A stretch of DNA of 12,768 nt, taken from positions 1-12,768 of the forward strand of contig JAYZQJ010000179.1 in assembly GCA_036149055.1 (NCBI GenBank). Reading direction: 5' to 3'. Source of the DNA: Myxococcota bacterium (lineage in GTDB: Bacteria; Myxococcota_A; Polyangia; Polyangiales; Sandaracinaceae). Below the pieces are notes generated by a model that saw only the letters and a program-made list of their open reading frames with translations, did no database searches and was not told the DNA's origin. This document shows, piece by piece, positions 7,624-12,768 of this stretch (the stretch's first letter is position 1; each line of letters begins with the position of its first letter). Position numbers and translations under genes: made by a program.

Positions 7624-9048
7624 CTATCCCCGCACTTCCGGCGCCGGCATGTGAGACCCGAGTACGCTGTGCGCCGGGCCGGAGAGCTCCGCGTCCGCGG
7701 CGCCCGGCGGCAAGACCAGCGGCGGCACGAACTCGGTGTCGAACTCCGCCTCGCCGAGGTGCGCCAGCACGTACGCGAGCGAGCGGTGCTCCTCGATCCA
7801 GCGGATGAGGATGGAGTGATCCCAGCGGCGGCCGAGCAGGTTGAAGCCGATCACCCGGTCGTCCTCGACCACGATCCGGGTGGTGCTCCGGACCTCGCCG
7901 CGCTCCTCGAAGTACCAGTTCCGCTCGCCCTCGACGTTCATGGAGACGAGCCCGGCGGTCGTGTACTCGATGTCCATCAGCTTTGCCGAGTTGTACCAGA
8001 CGCCGCGCGCGTACTCGGCGCGGTCGCCGCAGAGGCGTCGCCCGGCGACCCGGCCCTGATCGCGCGCCGTGTACCAGAGCTGCTCGGGGCGCCGGCCGCC
8101 GTCGATCCAGCGCACCGCCGCGCAGTCGCCGGCCGCGAAGACGCCGTCGAGGCTCGCGCCGAGGCCCGCGTCGACCGCGATCCCGCCGCGCTCGAGCGCG
8201 ACGCCGCTGTCGGCCAGCCACTCGGTGTTGGGCACCACGCCGATGGCGACCACGCAGAGATCGCAGTCGTAGCGCCCCCGGTCGGTCACCACCGCCTCGA
8301 GCGCCCCGTCCCCCTCGAGCGCCTCGACGTTCTCCCCGAGGCGCACGTCGACGCCGTGCTCGCGCATGCGCTCGGCGATCCAGGTCGACTCGGCTGGGTC
8401 GAGCGCGATGGGCCAGAACCAGTCCTCGCGGATGAAGAAGCGAGGCGAGAGCCCGGCCGCGACCATCACCTCGACCGCCTCGATGCCGATCAGCCCGCCG
8501 CCGACCACCGCCGGCCGGGTGGGCCGCCCGCGCCGCTCGGCCCGGACCGGGCGCGGCAGGTAGGGGGAGCCCTCCTCGCTGCGGTCGTGGTGCGCGTCGG
8601 GGTTCGGGGGGCGGCCCCCGTGGCTCGGGCCGCCGTGCACCTCGCGCTCGAGCCACTCGAGGTCCTGCAGGGTGACGAAGTGCCCGACGCCGGGCAGGTC
8701 TCCGCCGGGCCAGGGCGACGGACGTGGGCGGCTCCCGCAGGCGATGAGGAGCCGGTCGTACTGCACCGACTCGCCGCCGGCGAGGTAGACGGTGCGGCGC
8801 TCGCCGTCGAGGCGGGTCGCGCGGGCGCGGACCCGGCGGAAGCCCATGCGCGCGTAGAGGTCTCGCTCGTGCGGCTCGATGCAGCGGTGGCTCAGCTGCC
8901 CGCTCATCACCCACATCAGCGCGGTGCGGCTGAAGAAGTGGTCGCTCTCCTCGCTGATGATCGTGATGTCCCAGCTCGGCTCGCGGTTGCGCACCGTGAT
9001 CGCGGCCTCGATGCCCGCGACGCCGTTGCCGATGATGACGACTCGCAT
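7624..9048 (-). CDS. NAD(P)/FAD-dependent oxidoreductase (Pyr_redox_2; rubredoxin-reductase/NirB N-terminal-like), 474 aa
   Basis: FAD Rossmann VVIIGNGVAG, YDRLLIACGS, NAD Rossmann VVGGGLIGIE, VAIGVVPN and VFAAGDC, then a C-terminal interface-type region (RIVVEDDRVIGFNLLG). Confidence 0.93.
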   Translation of the reverse strand: MRVVIIGNGVAGIEAAITVRNREPSWDITIISEESDHFFSRTALMWVMSGQLSHRCIEPHERDLYARMGFRRVRARATRLDGERRTVYLAGGESVQYDRLLIACGSRPRPSPWPGGDLPGVGHFVTLQDLEWLEREVHGGPSHGGRPPNPDAHHDRSEEGSPYLPRPVRAERRGRPTRPAVVGGGLIGIEAVEVMVAAGLSPRFFIREDWFWPIALDPAESTWIAERMREHGVDVRLGENVEALEGDGALEAVVTDRGRYDCDLCVVAIGVVPNTEWLADSGVALERGGIAVDAGLGASLDGVFAAGDCAAVRWIDGGRRPEQLWYTARDQGRVAGRRLCGDRAEYARGVWYNSAKLMDIEYTTAGLVSMNVEGERNWYFEERGEVRSTTRIVVEDDRVIGFNLLGRRWDHSILIRWIEEHRSLAYVLAHLGEAEFDTEFVPPLVLPPGAADAELSGPAHSVLGSHMPAPEVRG

Positions 9049-9054
9049 CGCACC

Positions 9055-9060
9055 ACCCTA
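9055..9060 (-). promoter_or_regulatory. Putative -10 box (TAGGGT) 6 nt upstream of the oxidoreductase ATG
   Basis: Minus strand reads TAGGGT-GGTGCG-ATG, and the TAG is also the upstream gene's stop codon. GGGTGG could instead act as an RBS. Confidence 0.35.
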
Positions 9061-9798
9061 CGGCCAGACCCCGCCGACCGTTACCCCCCTGTCGAAGATG
9101 CCGGCGACCGACGCCCCCGCGATGATCCACCACGCGAGGACCACGAGCAGCAGGCCGAGCCCGCGGAGGGTCAGCCCGCCGGCCCCGGTCAGGGGGCCCT
9201 CGAGCCGGAGCTTCGGCGGCGCCTCGCGCCAGGTCTGCATGCGGGCCCCGAGGGCGATCTGCTCCCGCGGCGCGGCCTCCCGGTAGCCGCCGTCGCTCGG
9301 GAGCGCGCGCTCCTCCACCCGCACGGTCACGCAGGCGTGGGTGTGCCCGGCCGCGGCCGCCTCGCGCAGGGTCTCCCGCGCCTCCTCGCTCAGCGCGACG
9401 TCGGCGTCGGCGTCCTCGTAGCGCAGCGCGCCGTCCTCGATCTCGGCCAGCAGCCAGCCCTGGCGCCGCGGGCCGGCCCGCAGCTCGGCGAGAGAGGACA
9501 CCGGCGGGATCTCCGGCCGCTCGAACCGCTCCGCCCGGATCTTCGGGAAGAGCTTCAAGCAGATGCCGAAGCCGCGCGCGGCCACCGCGACCATGCCGCC
9601 CGCGTACACCACGCCGAGCGCGGCCTGTCCGATCGCGACCACGCCGACCGCGACCTGCCCGATCGCGATGACGCCGCGCGCCACCTGCCCGATCGCGATC
9701 ACGCCGCAGGCGAGCTGACCGAACGCGAAGATGCCGGTGGCGAGCTGGCCGAAGGCGAACACCGCCGGGCGATCCGGATCGGTCGAGATCCAGTCCAT
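9058..9798 (-). CDS. Hypothetical membrane protein with N-terminal Gly/Ala-rich decapeptide repeats and a C-terminal TM helix, 246 aa
   Basis: Host-like codon usage and 6-nt and 9-nt gaps to its neighbours. Repeats read AFGQLATGIF AFGQLACGVI AIGQVARGVI AIGQVAVGVV AIGQAALGVV. TM segment: GLGLLLVVLAWWIIAGASVAGIF. Confidence 0.85.
   Translation of the reverse strand: MDWISTDPDRPAVFAFGQLATGIFAFGQLACGVIAIGQVARGVIAIGQVAVGVVAIGQAALGVVYAGGMVAVAARGFGICLKLFPKIRAERFERPEIPPVSSLAELRAGPRRQGWLLAEIEDGALRYEDADADVALSEEARETLREAAAAGHTHACVTVRVEERALPSDGGYREAAPREQIALGARMQTWREAPPKLRLEGPLTGAGGLTLRGLGLLLVVLAWWIIAGASVAGIFDRGVTVGGVWP
9608..9763 (-). repeat. Intragenic 30-bp (10-aa) tandem repeat, ~5 copies
   Basis: Plus-strand units: gatcgcgaccacgccgaccgcgacctgccc (9631), gatcgcgatgacgccgcgcgccacctgccc (9661), gatcgcgatcacgccgcaggcgagctgacc (9691), gaacgcgaagatgccggtggcgagctggcc (9721), plus partial flanking copies. 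Confidence 0.85.
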
Positions 9799-9804
9799 GG
9801 CGGG

Positions 9805-10038
9805 TCAGCGCATCAGCGTGAGGCCGAGCGCGAGGGGCAGGGTGATCCCGACGACCACCACCATGTAGACGATGATCGCGTTGCGGTTGGAGCGCCCGGT
9901 CTTGCCGTTGTACTCCACGCCGCAGGAGAGGCAGCGCACGTGGCTCAAGAGCCGCGGGCCGAGCGCGCCGCCCCACCAGGTGAAGCCCACGCTCGAGGCC
10001 TCGCGATCCCCGCAGCCGGGGCAGCCCGCCGTCTCCAT
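9805..10038 (-). CDS. Small zinc-ribbon protein with a C-terminal membrane anchor, 77 aa
   Basis: CPGC...CLSC pair flanking FTWWGGALGPRLLSHVR, then YNGKTGRSN and the hydrophobic tail AIIVYMVVVVGITLPLALGLTLM. High GC3. Confidence 0.85.
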   Translation of the reverse strand: METAGCPGCGDREASSVGFTWWGGALGPRLLSHVRCLSCGVEYNGKTGRSNRNAIIVYMVVVVGITLPLALGLTLMR

Positions 10039-10044
10039 GCCGCG

Positions 10045-10053
10045 ATGATATCA
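10045..10053 (-). promoter_or_regulatory. Putative extended -10 promoter (TGaTATCAT) 6 nt upstream of ATG 10038; leaderless-transcript signature
   Basis: Minus strand reads TGA-TATCAT-CGCGGC-ATG. This is a 5/6 match to TATAAT with the TGn extension, AT-rich against a very GC-rich background, and there is no Shine-Dalgarno in the 12-nt gap. Confidence 0.6.
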
Positions 10054-10863
10054 GCAGTCGGTCGCGTTCCCGAGCGCGGTCGTGCCGTCGCCGCCCACCG
10101 AGAGGCCGCCGCAGAATTCGTTGGCGAGCAGGGCGCCGCCGCTCCCGCTGACCTCGGTGGCCCCGGAGACCCGGGTGAAGGAGAGGCCGCACTCGCTGCC
10201 GGACACCGTGACGTCGCCGTCGATGATCGCGCCGCGGATGCGGTTGTTCTGGCCGCTCACCGTGACGTTGCCGACGATCGTCACCTCGCCGCCGGTGACC
10301 CCGGCGCCGAAGAGCGCGACGTCGGAGCCGCCGAAGACGAGGTCGCCTTCGTACACGCCCCCGCCGAGCAGCACGATGCGGTCGCTGGCCGACAGGGCGT
10401 CGTTGACGGCGTCGATGCCCATCTCCGGCGACAGCTCGACCACCTCGCGCCCGAACGCGTAGCGGATCCGCACCATCTCCTGCACCTCGCCGGGGCGACC
10501 GGAGAGGGCGACCTCGACGAGGTCCTGGGCCGCGATCTCCTGCGAGATGGTGCCGCTCGCCTCGCCGCCGCTCAGCTCGAGGGTGCGGACCCCGGCCTCG
10601 CCCTCGGGGAGCGGGAGCACGTAGACCCCGTCGGCGTCGCTCGGCCCGCCGAGGTCGAGGGCGACGTCGCGCACGAGCACGTCGGCCCGCTCGAGCCCGG
10701 GCTCGGGCACCGGGACGTCGTTCACGTCGTCGATGGCGGGGTTCACCACCACCACGAAGGTGGTCTCGCCGAGGTCGACCTCGGTCGGCGGGGGCGTGGG
10801 CCCGCCTCCGGAGCAGCCGGCGGCGAGGAGGAGGAGGAGGGCGAAGGTCAGTCTGGAGGTCAT
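10051..10863 (-). CDS. Lipoprotein with probable C-terminal right-handed beta-helix, ~270 aa (alternative ATG at 10875)
   Basis: Signal peptide and lipobox MTSRLTFALLLLLAAG-C, then a Pro-rich linker. Beta-helix cap-like segment IDAVNDAL...RIVLLGGGVYEGDLVF...VALFGAG, followed by recurring rungs GNVTVSG / GDVTVSG / GATEVSG / GGLSVGG. The ORF-track extension to 12096 is a shadow frame of the upstream gene. Confidence 0.85.
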   Translation of the reverse strand: MTSRLTFALLLLLAAGCSGGGPTPPPTEVDLGETTFVVVVNPAIDDVNDVPVPEPGLERADVLVRDVALDLGGPSDADGVYVLPLPEGEAGVRTLELSGGEASGTISQEIAAQDLVEVALSGRPGEVQEMVRIRYAFGREVVELSPEMGIDAVNDALSASDRIVLLGGGVYEGDLVFGGSDVALFGAGVTGGEVTIVGNVTVSGQNNRIRGAIIDGDVTVSGSECGLSFTRVSGATEVSGSGGALLANEFCGGLSVGGDGTTALGNATDC

Positions 10864-10886
10864 GGGTGCTCGCATGGAAGAGGGCG

Positions 10887-12260
10887 TCAGAAGATGACCG
10901 GGACCTGGCAGACGAGGCGGCCGGCGGAGGGGGCGCAGGTGAGCCCCATGCAGCAGTCGCTCGAGGTCGTGCAGTCGGCGCCGTCCGGCACGCAGTAGCC
11001 GCCGTCCGGGGTGCCGGCGTCCGGCACGCCGCCGTCCGGGAGCGGGGGAGGCGACGGCGGCCCGCAGCGGAAGGTGTCGCCGTGCAGGACGCAGATCCCG
11101 CCGCAGCACTCCGAGGGATCGGTGCACGCGTCTCCGTCCGGCAGGCAGCTGCCCTCCGGCACGCCGGTGCAGCGCTTGGGGAACGGCCCGGCCGCGTCGT
11201 CGGGCCGGAGCCGTCGACAGGTCCCCGTGCAGCACTCGCAGTCGGTCTCGCAGAGCTCGCCGCCCGGCAGGCACACGGGCGCCGCGCCGCCGCACTCGGG
11301 GTCGCCGAGCTTGCGGCACCGCCGCACGCCCTCGGGGTCGGGCGAGCAGTCGCCCGAGCAGCACTCCGCGTCCGAGGCGCAGACCTCGCCGAACTCGTTG
11401 AGCGCGCCGCGCGGGGTGTCGATGGGGCCGCTCGGTCGGCAGCCGCCGATCGGCGCGCAGCGCTTCACGCCCCCGCCGCCGTCCTCGCAGCGGAAGCTGC
11501 AGCAGTCGCGCGCGGTGTCGCAGACCTCGAAGGCGGGCCGGCAGTAGCGAGGCGTGTCGCACGCGCCGCCGTCGCCGCAGAGCAGGCCGCAGCACTCGGC
11601 GCCGAAGCCGCAGGGCTCGCCGGCCGGGCGGCAGAAGGGCAGCCGGTCGCAGGTGCCCGCGTCGCCGCACGAGGTGGAGCAGCACTGGTCGTCGGCCATG
11701 CAGGGCTCCCCCGCGGTGCGGCACGCCGGGCCGTCTCCTTCGCAGGTGCCGTCGCCCCCGCAGGTGCCGCTGCAGCAGTTGTAGTCCGCGTCGCAGGCCA
11801 CGCCCGCGCCCCGGCAGCCGCCGCCGCCCACCGCGCAGCTCCCGCCCTCGCAGCGCCCGGAGCAGCACTGCCCCGGGTCGGTGCAGGCCTCGCCGACGGC
11901 CACGCAGCTCCCGGCGACGCAGGTGCCGTCGCAGAAGCCCTCGCAGCAGTCGATGGAGTTCGTGCACGCGCCGTCGGCCTCCACGCAGGCGCCGCCCGGC
12001 GAGCCGCAGACCCGCAGGGTCCCGCCCGGCGCGGTGGTGCAGATCCCCGAGCAGCACTCGTCGTCGCGGCTGCAGTCCCGCCCGAGGTCCTCGCACGCGG
12101 TCGCGCCATCGGGGTCCACCCGGCTGTCCCGGTCCACGCGACCGTCGAGCGCCACGCGGGCGTCGAGGCCGACGCTCCCGTCCGGGTCGAGCTCCACCGC
12201 GTCGTCGCAGCCGACGGCGAGGAGCGCGGTGAAGGTGAGACAGTGAAGCAGACGGTTCAT
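10887..12260 (-). CDS. Cys-rich repeat lipoprotein with 11 knottin-like C-C-CC-C-C modules, 457 aa
   Basis: ATG at 12260 with GGAGG RBS, overlapping the upstream stop (ATGA). Lipobox in [18 protein letters not shown]. Repeats follow C-x6-C-x5-CC-x3-C-xn-C (e.g. [25 protein letters not shown]). A Pro-rich PDGG/PDAG linker precedes the last module. Confidence 0.9.
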   Translation of the reverse strand: MNRLLHCLTFTALLAVGCDDAVELDPDGSVGLDARVALDGRVDRDSRVDPDGATACEDLGRDCSRDDECCSGICTTAPGGTLRVCGSPGGACVEADGACTNSIDCCEGFCDGTCVAGSCVAVGEACTDPGQCCSGRCEGGSCAVGGGGCRGAGVACDADYNCCSGTCGGDGTCEGDGPACRTAGEPCMADDQCCSTSCGDAGTCDRLPFCRPAGEPCGFGAECCGLLCGDGGACDTPRYCRPAFEVCDTARDCCSFRCEDGGGGVKRCAPIGGCRPSGPIDTPRGALNEFGEVCASDAECCSGDCSPDPEGVRRCRKLGDPECGGAAPVCLPGGELCETDCECCTGTCRRLRPDDAAGPFPKRCTGVPEGSCLPDGDACTDPSECCGGICVLHGDTFRCGPPSPPPLPDGGVPDAGTPDGGYCVPDGADCTTSSDCCMGLTCAPSAGRLVCQVPVIF

Positions 12261-12768
12261 CGGGATCCCTCCAGCTCCGTCAGGAGCCGCCGCGCGTCGG
12301 CGGCGTTCGGGCCGCTCGGGAAGCGGCGAAGATAGGCGCGCAGGTGCCGCCCGGCGGCGGCGCGCAGGCCGCGCTCGTGGGCGAGCCGACCGCGGGCGAA
12401 GAGCGCGTTGGCCGCCCACGGGCCAGCGCCGGAAGAGAGGCGCGCGTAGAGGCGATCCGCCCGATCGGGGGAGGAGGACTCGGCGGAGGAGGCGGCGGCG
12501 AAGAGGGAGCCAGGATCCCCCGCCCCGCGCGGCCGCGACTCCGCCGACACCGAGTCCGAGTCCGACGCCGAGGCCGAATCCGAATCCGACTCCGACTCCG
12601 AGCCCGAAACCGAGTCCGAGTCCGAATCCGAGACCGAGTCCGCTGCCGGCCCCGCTGCCGCACCCGGCCCCGCACCCGGCCCCGCTGCCGCTGCCGCACC
12701 CGGCCCCGCTGCCGCTGCCGCACCCGGCCCCGCTGCCGCTGCCGCACCCGGCCCCGCTGCCGCACCCG
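12257..12768 (-). CDS. C-terminal part of a protein (5' truncated by the window): low-complexity linker plus TPR-like tail; possibly an anti-sigma/FecR-type protein
   Basis: The frame of ORF 12257..12550 stays open to the window end. It reads ...[19 protein letters not shown]...[37 protein letters not shown]...[12 protein letters not shown]...[27 protein letters not shown]. The YLxxFPxG..A..A ending is TPR/BamD-like. The anti-sigma role is inference. Confidence 0.75.
   Translation of the reverse strand, partial: GAAAGPGAAAAAGPGAAAAAGPGAAAAAGPGAGPGAAAGPAADSVSDSDSDSVSGSESESDSDSASASDSDSVSAESRPRGAGDPGSLFAAASSAESSSPDRADRLYARLSSGAGPWAANALFARGRLAHERGLRAAAGRHLRAYLRRFPSGPNAADARRLLTELEGSR
12545..12640 (-). 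repeat. Hexanucleotide repeat encoding Ser-X (mostly Ser-Asp) dipeptides
   Basis: Plus strand shows cga-nnc x16 (cgagtc, cgaatc, cgactc...). Every Ser codon on the minus strand is TCG. Confidence 0.9.
12641..12768 (-). repeat. 24-bp tandem repeat encoding GPGAAAAA, running to the window end
   Basis: acccggccccgctgccgctgccgc occurs three times exactly (12674-12745), with 12-bp (12662-12673) and 18-bp (12746-12763) in-frame variants. Confidence 0.92.

Noticed and set aside
6501..9048. napH or nirB gene assignments
   Set aside because: No nap genes are nearby, and the reductase lacks the BFD-like and siroheme domains of NirB.
6358..10998. Long ORFs 6358..7452, 6591..7808, 7526..10192 and 7540..10998
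   Set aside because: They are alternate-frame or antisense shadows of the motif-supported minus-strand genes.
10866..12765. ORFs 10866..12335, 11465..12109 and 12280..12765 (RQRQRGRV repeats), and the 681-aa version of the beta-helix gene
   Set aside because: They are out-of-frame or antisense readings of the Cys-rich gene and the terminal tandem repeats. The frame ending in the TPR-like tail is better supported.

Overview
High-GC, gene-dense bacterial DNA. The Cys-rich, DAG/DGG-linker lipoprotein suggests a myxobacterium (Polyangia/Sandaracinus-like), which is inference only. From left to right: (i) a lower-GC orphan ORF (<3..704); (ii) a ~670-bp intergenic stretch with a degenerate ~95-bp tandem array of hairpin plus octamer-triplet units; (iii) a PIN-PhoH (PhoH2/YlaK-type) gene on the minus strand; (iv) a divergent lipoprotein fusing a beta-lactamase-family serine hydrolase to a NamZ/DUF1343 domain; (v) a run of eight tightly spaced minus-strand genes. 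In transcription order those eight are: a truncated protein with Gly-Pro-Gly-polyAla and Ser-Asp repeats and a TPR-like tail, an 11-repeat knottin-like Cys-rich lipoprotein, a beta-helix lipoprotein, a 77-aa Zn-ribbon membrane protein, a Gly/Ala decapeptide-repeat membrane protein, an NAD(P)/FAD oxidoreductase, a membrane polyferredoxin and a YkuE-like metallophosphoesterase. Three start codons have a TAnnnT hexamer exactly 6 nt upstream, and a fourth has a weak variant, suggesting leaderless transcripts. No rRNA, tRNA, CRISPR or transposase was recognised. All family calls come from motifs read by eye, not from database searches.
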